This document shows positions 36,019 through 48,900 of a stretch of DNA of 64,000 bases, piece by piece (position 1 is the first letter of the stretch; each line of letters begins with the position of its first letter). This DNA is from Babesia bigemina (Eukaryota). Under the pieces are notes generated by a model. It saw only the letters and a program-made list of their open reading frames with translations, searched no databases and was not told the DNA's origin. The position numbers were made by a program, and so were the translations under genes. The stretch spans positions 930,001 through 994,000 of the forward strand of contig NC_027217.1 in NCBI RefSeq assembly GCF_000981445.1, read 5' to 3'.

Positions 36019-37058
36019 TCTGTTACGCATATACGGTAGCAAACATTGCCCTTAAGCAGGAAGGTCGCATGATATTTCATGGGAAACCCTCCGTACCTCT
36101 TCCGGAGGGGTGACAATAGGGTAGTGACACCGGCTGTGTCTAGTGTTGATATTCGTTCACGCGGCAAGCAGGAAAATATAAGTAAACTCCCACTACAATA
36201 TGTGAATTCTAATTGTACGTATTAAATTCCCAGATCGACTGTTGGTGCTCCCGTCGTTGGCGCGGCGTATGCATCTATTTTACCCACGTCAAGGTGTGAC
36301 CATTAGCGTCGAACGGATGGTACACATAGCAGCACACACATCAATACATATGTTTTGCGTTAAGTGGCGCCACTGGCGATTTGATCACACTCGACCTTCC
36401 ACCGCGTCAGGGATATGACCGTTGACCCGCATCCTTAGTTTGAAATTTGGGGCGCAAATAAAATATGTTTTCTTTAAATGAATTCTTACCGTTGTCAGTC
36501 ACGCCTATAACAACTGCGTGGTGTCTCGGCGCGTCTAATTTGTTCGTGTGCGTGCCGTGATCGCTGGTCGTATGTCTAGCACTTCCTCCCTTTGACTTAT
36601 GACGGCTTCCAGTTCATGTGGTTCATTAAGCACTCTCTGCGGATTCCGAAAACGCAAGAACAACGGCGAACGGATGGTTTTCGGCAACCGCGTCGATGTG
36701 CTTGAGGCCATTGAAGCAGGAATTTTAGGACGTAAAGATGCAAAATCACCTGTCCAAATGATGGCGCCAACTAAGGAAGGCGTTGAGGTAGATGGACGAT
36801 CTGATAAAGAAAGGAAATGATGGCGCTGAAGGAGCTTAGCCACTTCCTGTTCATGACCATGTTTAGTACATCCTAATTACAAGGACACTTTCAGCAGTAC
36901 TATGGCGCGAATATTCGTAATTTTGTGAATTTTTAAAGCGGAATAGGTGTTTAGGGTCCATTACAAACGCGTGAGACCCCTCAAGTATAAGAGCATGACT
37001 GAATACTTCATCTACTCTACAACACGGCATTCTTTAGCGAAAGGTTCGCCCTCTATTG

Positions 37059-38342
37059 ATGTCAATATGTTCGTTGACAATGGGAAAATCACGTGCAGAA
37101 TCACCAACACCAGATCTGGTTGCACTTTCAAATGCAGCGAATGCATTGGAAAGCAACCATACAAATATAAACAGTGATGACGGCAATGATGGCCACCATG
37201 AGTCGTACGGGGTTGGCGATACCGGCGAAGGGCTTAGCAGTCTGTCTGATTCTACGAAAGGGGCGCCAGAAAGCACGGGGCAGCATGTCACCCGAGGCAA
37301 AGATACAGCTCTGTATGATGATGTTCTGCGCGAAATGACAAAGCTTTCCCTGCGCGATGATACATGCGATCAGGAAAACCCGATATGCGTAACAGAATCT
37401 CATCAAAGTAAAAGTGATAGGCTCTTAAGAAAGCTCAGGTCTGTCGATGACGTGCAATACGGCAAGATCGTGGAGCCGCTGCCCGTGGCTGGAGAACCCG
37501 GGTTTGACCTGTGGGATTTGAAATCTAGAGCCAAGTCCTACGAACAAAAAAGAACCCACGTTGAAAGCCTTTTTAAGAATGACTCCCCCGAACGTTGGCT
37601 CAATTTAGAAAAGCTCGGTAATGCGGACGACACCTTGTCTCTATTGCGTCGTGGAAGCCCCTGCGAAGTGCTGGCCGACAGGTTTGGCATAGAAATGACT
37701 CGAAAGCACTTGCGCTGTCTAGATGGGCCCCGCTGGTTGAATGATGAGGTCATCAATTTCTACATCGGTCTCATCCAGGAAAGGAATGACCGCTTAACAG
37801 GCGATGGCGTTGCCGGTATTCCACGGTGTCTCTGTTTTAACACATTCTTCTTCAACCTTTTGTGCGGCGGCGATGACCCTACTACCACTTACAACTACAG
37901 CGCAGTATCACGTTGGACAACGAGGCGCAAAGTGGATGTATTCGCCATTGATCTTTTGCTGATACCCATCCACGTTCACAATTCGCACTGGTGCCTTGGT
38001 GTGGTGGACATGCGCCCACGATCCCGGAGGATCATGGTATTCGACTCATTGAGTGGTCATCACAGATTATTTTTTAGAAACATGAGTAGGTGGTTGCAAG
38101 ACGAACACCTTAACAAGAAGAAGGTACCGATTGAGGACATCGATGAATGGAAGCACAATCACATATATGCAGCAGAAGGTGGGGCTCCACGGCAGAACAA
38201 TGGGCACGATTGTGGCGTGTTTTTATGTCTTTACGCTGAGTGTATCTCTGTGGGAAAGCCATTTGATTTCTCCCAAAACGATATTCGGGACCGTCGTGTC
38301 ATGATGATACAACAAATTTTGAGGGGTTCAATATATGAATGA
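37059..38342 (+). CDS. Ulp1/SENP family SUMO protease (peptidase C48)
   Basis: WLNDEVINFY, FNTFF, PIHVHNSHWCL, FDSL and QNNGHDCGVF supply the His/Asp/Cys triad. Start codon uncertain. Confidence 0.92.
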   Translation: MSICSLTMGKSRAESPTPDLVALSNAANALESNHTNINSDDGNDGHHESYGVGDTGEGLSSLSDSTKGAPESTGQHVTRGKDTALYDDVLREMTKLSLRDDTCDQENPICVTESHQSKSDRLLRKLRSVDDVQYGKIVEPLPVAGEPGFDLWDLKSRAKSYEQKRTHVESLFKNDSPERWLNLEKLGNADDTLSLLRRGSPCEVLADRFGIEMTRKHLRCLDGPRWLNDEVINFYIGLIQERNDRLTGDGVAGIPRCLCFNTFFFNLLCGGDDPTTTYNYSAVSRWTTRRKVDVFAIDLLLIPIHVHNSHWCLGVVDMRPRSRRIMVFDSLSGHHRLFFRNMSRWLQDEHLNKKKVPIEDIDEWKHNHIYAAEGGAPRQNNGHDCGVFLCLYAECISVGKPFDFSQNDIRDRRVMMIQQILRGSIYE

Positions 38343-40444
38343 TCCCACTGCGCTTTTGATATATTTTGATACCTTTTCACTAATTCGAACTATCATTAAG
38401 CTGGCGTTATATTTATTTACCTCCATGTTTTTAGTTCCACCTTTTGTATTATATTGATGGGCACGATCGTTCGGTTGGTACTACTCTTTTATATTCAGAG
38501 CCAGCCTGTCGTAAAATAGCTGCGAGCGAAGTATACGGAGAACAACACTAGCAATAATGGCGACAGCCCAAAAGAAGCCACAACGCACAGTATGCACTCT
38601 GGAACAAAGATTAATTTTGCCGCAGACCAGGTATAGCCAGTAACATTACACAATGCAGTTTCACATGTTCAATTGGTGTTGCGGTGACTTAGTTGTCATT
38701 AATCGGTGTAGGCCAATGGTAAGAAAGGAATGAGACCCAGTTGGCAGATTGGGGTGTTGGGTCATCCGCCGGGTGAGTGTACGTACGAGATGCGAGTGAT
38801 TACGTATATGGCTAGAAAAAAATTGTAGGCGTGTCTATGCGCGATATTATCTGAATGAGATGGCAAGCTCGAGTGAACGCCGCAGCTGCTGGGATTAATG
38901 GCCACAGTTGTACTAGGCGTCGAATTCGTAACCCTGGACTGTACCCAAGTATCCACGAACACATATCCCACATAACTGGCAACAACAGTGTAATGCAACA
39001 TCACATATCGCTGCTTAATTCATTTGGGGATCATGCGTGATGACACTCATGTCAGTACCTGATCTGCTCCATTGCTGTGGTTCGGTGGGTGGAGTAATTG
39101 AACAGTGACGGTGGTAGCAGGGTGTATGCAAAGTTGCTGTAGGATGTTGTGTTCTGCGCGTAGCTACGAGAAATCATTAGAAGGAAGGTGCTTATGTGCT
39201 AGGAGACAGTTGTAGAAATCTGTTGTCCGGTACTTTCTCGATGCCGAAGTGGTAACGTGAAACGACGGTGGACAACAATGCATTGCAGTTGAGCGTCTGT
39301 CACATTTCTAATGAGGTGGTCCAAGTGATGTGCTTATAGGAGTCCGTCGAGCATGAGGCCATGGATGCCTCGTTACTGGAGCAGCCCAAGTGCATTTACA
39401 AGGGGGCGGAAGCACGCTCACATTTTACGATGAGAACTACGACAACTAAGACGAAAACGCCCAAGTGGCGATAATATACTTAGCCGTCTGATATTCCAGG
39501 AACCGAGTGGTCATTGGGGCAGAGGGCGACCTGACACTAAGGTGGGACCACGCCGTTGCAAGGTCAGTTAATCTACATTAGTTTTACGTCGACGCCAACT
39601 AAGGAGGCGACAGGAGTCACATATGAAGTTGCCTATTAAAGGAGTGGCTATGGCGTAGGCTGGCATGCAAGCCCAGTACAGACCTTCAGCAGCAGGCAGA
39701 GTCCGGCTGCAGCATATAGGCGAAGCACCCGGGATTCGTTGCTGCCAGGAGGAGATAATCCCTTCATTTGCGATACCATGGGATCACGTGATGTCGCAAT
39801 AAGCCGTTTGCCGGCACGGAGGAAAATACGACTTGCAATCCGTGTTTATATTATGGAACCATCAACTAATTTAGCCAACCGGTGGTTGGGGGGAGGGATG
39901 AGTAGACACGAAATGATGACCACGTGTAAACGGATTACAAGTGCCGCCATGCGTAAGGTTGCAATCACACCTTCAACAAGCGCAGTGATTTCGGCACTCT
40001 CCAGTTGCTTAAATGGCACAACCTTCCCGACGAATAAGTGCTCAGGAGGCGGCCAGTGCAGCATTTGCGATATATTCAAGTCCAGGGAAATTGTGCTAAG
40101 CATAATTGAGGGTGTTGGTCGTGAATCGGCCTTGTTGCTGTGCGACATTGCTGGTCCCGCACACCGTGCCATGACGCGACCAAGATTCCAAGCAGACATG
40201 CACAGAAACGCGGGGGCGATCTTTCGTCACGTGGTTTACTAGTGCAGTAATCTTGCGCTGACATAGCGGTTGGCGTAGAATTCTCTCAGTGACAAGCGAA
40301 ACCACGTTCGCCAAGGAATCCTGGCGGCGTGTGCACTTCACGACGTTCAGAGTTGTGTATATGAAATTCGGAAGCGTTCAGGGCTGCAACCTTCCAGTTC
40401 CGGCGCGTCTCTCATAGGTTTTCAGGTTGGATTGTATCAACTAA

Positions 40445-42385
40445 ATGAGGATGGCGGCGTGCGCCACCGGCGGTTTTCAGGGTGTCTCGAATGCCATTGT
40501 CGGCAAGCGCCTCTGCATTAGAAATGTATCATTTACTGTCATCACGGCTGTTCTTGCAACTTTCGTGTCGCAAACGTTGCAGGTAACGGCAACGCCGGCG
40601 TTGGCCCCAGTGGAGGTGCCCGTAGGAAGCTTCCTGACCCTTACAAAGCAGGTGTCGACGCTTGGACCCTCGTCTAACGATGTTGACGCCCTTAACGAGC
40701 TCTTCGACGCTGGCACTGATGTGTTTAGGCTGAACTTCGCCCATGGCTCTCGCATATCGAAGCTGCGTCTCGCGAGGATTGTGAGGCAGCTGGAGCAAAC
40801 GGATGCGTCAGGTGCGCGCAGTCGCGATGGAAGCACTATTGTTCGTGCTAAGGCTCTGTTAGGTGATGTGCAGGGGCCAAAGTTGCGCGTTGGCAGGTTC
40901 GTGCCGAACCCGGACGCCAAGGGTGTTAGTCCCAACAGTGCTAAAGCGGAGTTCGTCAACCTGAAGAAGGGCGATCTGTTCACTTTCGACACTTCGGATG
41001 CGAGGGGTGACTCGCGCCGCGTTCAGTTTGACTTCCCCGAGATATTGCGACAGCTGGAGGTGGGAAATGTTATTGCGCTGGACGACGGCAACATCAACAT
41101 GCGTGTGGTCGGCGTGGACAGGCTGGGCCCCTCAGTACAGACAGAGGTGATGAACGATGGCGTGTTGTCGAGCCGTAAGGGTTTTTCGGTACCCAACGTG
41201 GCGCTGCCGGTTGACCTGTTCAGCGCGAAGGACGTGAAGGATGCTGTATTCTGCTATGCAGCAGGCATGGACTTCATAGGCGTGAGTTTCGTGCAGAAGA
41301 AGCAGGACATGCTGTATCTGAAGAACATATTGCTCGATTTCGCTGAGAGCCCGTTTTACCCGGCGCTGCGCGAGCGCATGGACCGCATAGATGCAGCTAC
41401 ACTGGACGCTGACCAGGAGGACGCGGAGATAGAAGCGATTCTGGAGCAATACTACACGGAGAGGTTTTTGCCCAACAAGCAGGCGATGATGACCGAGGTG
41501 CCTAAGAAGGAGGAAGTCGGTATTGGCCTTATCCCCAAGATTGAGACCCAGCCTGCGTTGGACGACATTACTGGCATTTTGGAAGTCTCCGATGGCCTCA
41601 TGGTCGCCCGTGGTGATTTAGGCGTGGAAACTGAAATCACCAACTTGCCCATCATCCAGAAGCGTCTGGTTCAACTTTGCCGCCTCGTGTACCGCAAGCC
41701 CGTCATAGTTGCCACGCAGATGTTGGAGAGCATGCGCACCAACCCCAAGCCCACCCGCGCCGAAACTACGGATTGCGCCAACGCCGTTTACGACGGAGCG
41801 GACGCAGTCATGCTTTCTGCGGAGTCCGCGGCCGGACAGTACCCGACGCACTCGGTATTGGTGCAGCGCACCCTCGTGTACAACGCCGAGAACGACCCCT
41901 ACTTCCGTGCTATGCAAATCACCCGGGAGATGTTGCTGAACGACCAACTGTTGGCCAACCTGAAAGGTGCCACTGCTAGCGACGTGGAGAGCATCAACGC
42001 ACTGGTGCAGCTGGACGTTAAGTTTGCGAAGGAATGGAATTCCAGGCACAGCGCCCTGCTTGCAGCCTGCGAGCAACTGTCCAACGATATTGTGACCAAA
42101 GGTGTGGATGCGATATTCGTGCACGCCGAGGACCGTGGTGAGCTCCTGCAGTGGGTGTCAACCAAGCGTTACACCATTCCCATTATCCTGATAACCCGCA
42201 ACGTGGAGCTTGCTCGTCGCCTGCAGCTGACCTGGGGTGTCAAGGCACACATATTGCCCAGTGGAGGCGACCCTTCCAAATTCGCTCAAGAGCTAGCTCC
42301 CATTTACGTGCAACCTAAACGGAAAGCTCTCATGGTGGAAGCACACAGCAACGTAGTCGACTCGAGTGTGTCATTCGAAGTGTAA
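40445..42385 (+). CDS. PyKII: Pyruvate kinase II (apicoplast-type)
   Basis: TKQVSTLGPSS, FRLNFAHG, DVQGPKLR, PKIE, GLMVARGDLGVE, ATQMLESM, PTRAE and DGADAVMLSAESA. N-terminal hydrophobic leader. Confidence 0.92.
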   Translation: MRMAACATGGFQGVSNAIVGKRLCIRNVSFTVITAVLATFVSQTLQVTATPALAPVEVPVGSFLTLTKQVSTLGPSSNDVDALNELFDAGTDVFRLNFAHGSRISKLRLARIVRQLEQTDASGARSRDGSTIVRAKALLGDVQGPKLRVGRFVPNPDAKGVSPNSAKAEFVNLKKGDLFTFDTSDARGDSRRVQFDFPEILRQLEVGNVIALDDGNINMRVVGVDRLGPSVQTEVMNDGVLSSRKGFSVPNVALPVDLFSAKDVKDAVFCYAAGMDFIGVSFVQKKQDMLYLKNILLDFAESPFYPALRERMDRIDAATLDADQEDAEIEAILEQYYTERFLPNKQAMMTEVPKKEEVGIGLIPKIETQPALDDITGILEVSDGLMVARGDLGVETEITNLPIIQKRLVQLCRLVYRKPVIVATQMLESMRTNPKPTRAETTDCANAVYDGADAVMLSAESAAGQYPTHSVLVQRTLVYNAENDPYFRAMQITREMLLNDQLLANLKGATASDVESINALVQLDVKFAKEWNSRHSALLAACEQLSNDIVTKGVDAIFVHAEDRGELLQWVSTKRYTIPIILITRNVELARRLQLTWGVKAHILPSGGDPSKFAQELAPIYVQPKRKALMVEAHSNVVDSSVSFEV

Positions 42386-42976
42386 TAACACTGTATAATT
42401 CATAACAACCACTTGTGCGCCATTATTCGTAGCTAACTGCCTACTAATCCATTGGTAGACTAATTTCGACTTTTCTCGATGCCGCTACGATGTAAATAAG
42501 AATTGATCCGGCTCTCGGGGCAGACACGGCTGCCAAGGGGGAAGCTTGACACCTACGGGGTTACCGGTGAAGCGCGGGGCAGACATGGGTTGCGTACAAC
42601 AAAACGCTCAAACACTCAGCAAGCTATTGAATGTAATTCAATGGGCATTGTCGTCGCATGTAGGAGAAGTACATGCTCAGCATAATGGAAATAGAACTAA
42701 CTGATCAGGGCAACCTGGTGGAAACTGACACGAATAGAAACCGATCGACTGCAGTTGCGAATGAAAGAGTGGATAATCGGTTCTAAGAAATGGGTTTTAT
42801 GTTGCAAATACGCGGTACATGGTAGACCTTTTGTGCATGTATCGTGAGCCCCTAGTAGGTACGAAAAGCGGCGCCGTAGACAGCCACATCAAGCACATCA
42901 GCACAATACCAGAAATGCGTGCATTCGTTAAACTAACAGCCTGTGTCAGTTAATTTACTAGCATTAAGTAAATATG

Positions 42977-45900
42977 TCACGCATCGCTGTCACTCAGCTG
43001 GTCGTTTTTGTTGCCCTTTACCAACACCCGTAGCGCATATTCGGACAATAATTTCGTAACTTTGTCCGACGGCGAATGCTGTTTCATAAATGACAGCATG
43101 TTGTCCATGTCATGCGATGGTCCAAGTAGCACCAGAAGCACCTTCTCAGCCTGCAAACAGATGAAGCAATGAAACGAATGGGTCGCCTAACCGCAACTTA
43201 CCTCCAGCTTTACTAACGGAACGCCGTAAATCGCTTCGCTGATATACGCCAACTGCGAACCAAAATTGGGGACGTTCTGCTCAAAACGGAGTAGTCGCTT
43301 GTAAATTTGAAGTATCTGAGACTGCCCGCTAGGAGGCAGCTTTGCGCCTGGTGGTAGGATGCTCAGGTAAGACTTCACGAAGTCTCGAGCCAACGGAGAT
43401 GATCGAGTCAGCTTCGATATTCGACAGAATATATTCAACGCACAGAGGTTCACACTTGGCATGTCCGATTTCAAACTCTGGCGCAACACGTCGACGAAAT
43501 CCTTAGGCGTAGTCTGATAGAGCCTGGTGAAGCCTCTATCGCTTAAAACGATGGACGAAAGCGCAGACAATGCCGAGGTATCTGCATGAATTATGGCAAA
43601 CAAACTGGGCAGCCAATCGGAGCCATAATCGCCCTCCAACTGAGCTGACAAACCTATGGCTTGACAAACCAATTGTTTGTCGGTACCGCTGCAATCTTGC
43701 AGCAATCTCAGTAATTCCTCAAATGGAGGGGTGGTAAGATTTGGTGGTGCACTCAATACCTCCGTGATGGCGTGCAACGAGGCCGTTTTTACCGTAGGCT
43801 TCCCCACCTTGTCAGAGGCCAGTTGGAGCAGGTCAGCAAGCACTGAATCAGATTTGTTTGGCGCCAATCTTACATATAGACGCAAAGTTGGGCCTATTAG
43901 CATGTTGACCTCGCTGTTGACGTCACTCAAACACTTGAAGAGCGCCGATTGCAACTGGTACAAAATAACGCGCACATGTGTCACTTCGCAGTGAAGCAGC
44001 GAGTGAATTGCCTCTAACAACGAGATCTTTAGCAGCGATGGGCACTTATCGTTGAGACACCGAATTATGGCGCCAATGGTTTTCAAAATAAACGGACCCA
44101 TATGTTCAGTTCCGACTAGCTTGTGCAATGCGGTCACGCACTTAGCTGCTTCAATCTTCGCATTGGATTTTACCAGCCCCTTCTGTATAAGCGACATCAT
44201 CAGCGGAAGAGTTGTAGTCAGCGACGTTTGTTGTACCTGGCCATTGGCAACGCCGAATGCACTGAAGTATTTCGAGAAGGCGCCGATCAAGTTATCCAGT
44301 TCTGCACGCCTCTCCGCACTCTTGATGAGCTGATCTAAAACCAAAATCGATGCTTCCATGGTACCGGGATCGGCGAAGATGTAACGGGACAATGAATCTG
44401 CCACATTCCCGTAATGGCTGTCAACATCACAGTCACGTAACTCCAGTACACGTGATACGAACACAATCAAAGTTGACTTTTTGGAGCCATCATTGGACCC
44501 AGCAGCCAAATCGTCCAACATCTCAATCAAAATGTGAATCAAACGCATAACTGACTCCGCCCTAACCAAGGAGACGAAAGCGGAAAAAGACGCCATGGTT
44601 TCCTTGGGGAATGCTCGGTAGTAGAGCAGCATCTGGCTAAGGCAGCGTGACAGGATGTTCTGCTGTGAAAAAACAACCTTCGTGCGTTTGGCGCATAGCA
44701 TTCTTTCCAGAAGGGCCAGCCGGGTTACATCTAGTTCCGGATTTAGCACCTCCTGCAGAATAACACTGTAACACTCGGAATGAGACTCTATCAGCAGTGT
44801 TATGCCCACCAAATACGCATCCTTCTCATCTTTGGAGAATAGATCGCTTACCAAAGAAGGTAACACTTCTGATACAACCGCAGGGAAGTATCCAGCCAAG
44901 GTTGCAAGCGCCTTCGAAGCCTCGTGGCAAGAGCACGTTTTGCACAGGCATTCCTTTAAAAACTGCAATATACGGGGAAGGTGTTTCTCTATACCGGCCT
45001 TGCCATTGGATGCCAGGGATGCAATACCGATGCAGCGACCGCGGAAAGCGCCATCACAGTTAAGAATCGCTTCGATAAAATCATTAACAGTGTCGGAACC
45101 CAGGCGAGAGATTGCATCGGTTATGCATTCTCCAGCTTGTACCCTTGTATCTTCTTCATCATCATCCTGCTCTAACAGTTCTATCACGCTATGGAGCACG
45201 AGAGGGAAAATTGTGCGAAGGGATCGAGTAACATTCATGCCTTTCCAGATATCCATTGCCGTAGTTTTCACAGTAGGGTTCTGGTCGTAACGTCCGATAT
45301 ATAGCTCAACAGTCACTCTATTGTCCTCCTTCAGCGTATTCAGAAACTGCAGCAAAGGCAGTGCAATGTTACGTGTCTGCCATTCCTTCGACCGCGAGGC
45401 CAGCCGTAAATTGTTGAAAACGATATCTCTGCTGCTTTCATGGTACTTCTCTATTACCGTGCGAATGACGTTAGACGCCATATCCCGCACTCGTTCATCC
45501 TCGTCGCAAAGAATACCCATTACTCGCGACAGGATGGTATCAAGATTGGTTAGCATGTAATCATGGCAAGTGAGAGGTAGGTGTCTGAAAAGGGCCAAAC
45601 AACCCTCACGCATCTGAGGGGTGCTGTCTCTAGAGTCCAATATTTTCAGCACCTTCGTGACAATGCCCTCTACGAAAACGTCATCAACAGCCCACAGGGC
45701 CTCCGCAAGACCAGCCGCTGCTGAACACCGCTCAAGGCTTGTTATAGACTCCATTAAACACTTCATGAGACGATTGATTAAATCAATCATGAGAACCTTG
45801 GATGTATCACAACCAAACCTTTTAAAAGCATTCGCGCAACAACCAATCGCTCTTGCAGCTTCTCGGCGAATTTCCGGAAGCGTATCCTTAAGATGGTCGG

Positions 45901-48900
45901 TCAAGTTAGGCATGAAAGTGGTGAAGAAAAGTTCCACTTCACGATAGCCGCCACAACGATAGACGAGCCATGAAGAGAATACAATTGCAGACTGTCGACA
46001 CGAACCATTTCTTGACTTCAAAGAACGAGATAAAACGGGTTCCAACAGACCAAGCTCAACCACACCGATTGTTGCATGCGATTTTCCCTCATCATTTGGA
46101 TGATTACGAGCATACTCATACAATGCCTGCATTGTTGAAAGGACATTCATATCCGAGGGATGGGATAATACTTTCAGTATGCTGCCCATAGTCGGGTAAA
46201 GGATGGATTCTGTTCCAGCCAGCCCAACAATAGAATCCAACACATGTTCGGCAGCGTCTTTTACAGCCTTCTGAGTGTCGGTTGTGCACGGTGAAACGAC
46301 CTTAACAACGTCGCTCACATTTTTTATTATAACGGACTGCAGCTTCGAGTTTTTAATCACTTGCGACAAAAGACGCAGGCACCCCAACTTAATGTTAGAG
46401 GAGTACGTACCCAATGATTCGGTAATAATTGGCAATATGCTCTTAAATCCAACTGGAGTGAGTATACCAAGAACTGTGGCACACGTGTCTAAGCACACAT
46501 CAAAGCTGTCGGGAAAACATCGGAGCAACGTTGAAAAAATGTCTTTCACGTACGGTTCAAATAGGCGTCCGAACTGGTTGGCCAGCTCTTTCACAAACAA
46601 CAACTCCCTGGGCATGCCCTTTACGCGCAAAGACTCTTTAATCTTGGCTACTATATTATGCTTTTTGAGATAAAGAAGACCACCGCCCTTAAGCAAGGAA
46701 ACGCACGGCACCGTGGCAAAATCGTTGTCGGAGACAGATGAGAGCAACATTGGAATCTTTGTGTTTAGCAAATCCTCTTCATCCTCAAGAGCGCATATTC
46801 TGGCCAGAGACGCAATAATCGCCGCGCTATTATATCCAGCCTCCGCCTTAGAAAATTCATTCTCAAAAGATAGAATTTTTAACAACAGTTCCAAATTCCA
46901 CTTTACCTGAGAATCATACTTAATCTTCTCCTGTAGGTAGCCCATAAAAGTGGCACATACTCCTAGAGTCACAATATCCGATGCCGCGAGAAAACCAGAA
47001 GGCAGAGCGTCCAAAGCCTGAGGATACTTGTTGTCCATCCACGTTCTCATGTGAGCGATAAGTAGTCCTACAGATTGCGTTGGAACTGTCTTCGAAAGGG
47101 CCTTGCAACAATCCAGTGTCCTGTGTACGTGGGAGGAATCACCGGACATTAACACAAATCGATCGAAAATATCCGAATGAACCACATTTTCCGACAATAT
47201 GCTGAAATAGCGAATCAGAACCACAATGAGTGAGCCACGGGCCATCCTGTCTATTTCCTGATAGCAAGCCTGAAAGGAGTCCATTACGTCATTGACTGAG
47301 TACAGCAAAAATACCTTCGGTGCCAAGTCCAGAAGTTCAGGATTACATTCAACATATTGAGGCAAAAGATCGATGATGTGCTTAACAGGGCATGATAATC
47401 CAGCTACATCAATCCCCATAATCATCAAATACTTGGCGATAGAGCCCAATGAATCTGGTCTGCGATCACGCACATAAAACGCTACAACCTCCCTCACCAG
47501 GCTCGTTGTGCTGGAGAGGCCTATCTTGCATATTGAAGTGATTCCCTCATGGTCGACCATGTACTTGACCGCCTCTTTGAGGGTCGCTATCATGGATGGA
47601 TATAATGCCTCATTACGCAAATTCGCCGCAACTGCATCAATAATATTGCGTTGACCTATATCAACCCTATCTCCCAGGAACTTCAATATTACACGCAGGC
47701 AAGCCTCCTTGATGCTGATATTCGTATCGCAACTGCTCAGCACGTAGGTCGTTATCTCAGTGATGAGAATGCCGCTTTCTGTGCTCGTAACACACGAGTC
47801 ACTCAAATCGTTAAGCGCAACGTTCAAATTGTCGTAATTAATGCGATAATCCTGCTCCGAATATATAGATTGAAGTATGAAGGAAATACGCCCTGCGGTG
47901 TTGGGAAGCACGCCAATAAGACACTGTTGACATAGCATATCCATAAACAGGGAAAAGGAACCACGCAACACACTCACTCCTAGCGCCATTTTACAGATAA
48001 CCAGAAAATCACGTAGAAAGGCCTTCAAGTAATCACGTTTATGTGCCAATGCGCGGGATAGTGCATACAAGGTTGTATTAACTTTCTTAACAAGATGCGC
48101 TATCTCACGCCTTACAGCACACTGGTCCTTGTATCGCATCTCGTCCAATTGTTGTTTTGTAAGATTGCTAAACTTTTTCTTGTCGCTTTGGTGGATATTA
48201 GGTTGATATTGCCTTGAATCCTGGTACAGCTTGTCTGCAGGGGCGAGATATATCTCAAAGTCCTCCTTTTCAAAAGACCTTAGTTTATTCAACGTATTTT
48301 CTGCAGCCAATAACAATGAACGAATGAGTTCTGAGACGTCTGCATCTTGAAACGCCAAATAGTGATCCAAAATTAACGGCACTGTTCCCTCTTCCACGGA
48401 ATGGTGCACAATACCGAAAACAGCGTTTTCGTCCAACGAAACGGGTGCCAGAACTCGTATCACTTTGCAAGGGCGTGAGTTTATAATGCGCGATAAATCT
48501 GAGCCGTTCGGGAACTCAGCCAAAGGACATCGAAGAAGAATGCAATGAACCAGAACAGTGAACAAATGCTTATCGCTGTTGTAACGCATCCAGGCATCTC
48601 GCAGCATGCGGATGGATTTCTTATACTTTAACTTGATTGAGGAATGTAAGATGGTGAGGAGCATGTTGTAAATGTGATGCTCTTGCAGCGTGCCATTAAA
48701 ATCTTGAAGACGCCTTTCCACATGTTGTCGTGTGTAAACACATGCCAGCACTGGATGTTTCACATCATCCTTCTTATTACACAATTCTTCATACAAGTCT
48801 ACCATTGTTGCATATAGCTGGCTGCCCGTAGTTTCGGTAACCGCCTCCACCATACTAGGAATATTTTTCATCCCCATCAGTGTTGATATTTTGCCATCCT

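Noticed and set aside
36599..36820. 73-aa ORF upstream of the SUMO protease
   Set aside because: No domain and no convincing splice link to the protease; cannot be supported as a gene.
42505..42590. GC-rich patch with repeated GGGGCAGACA between the PyKII and GCN1 3' ends
   Set aside because: Only a 10-nt duplication; no tRNA, SRP or RNase P/MRP motifs recognised.
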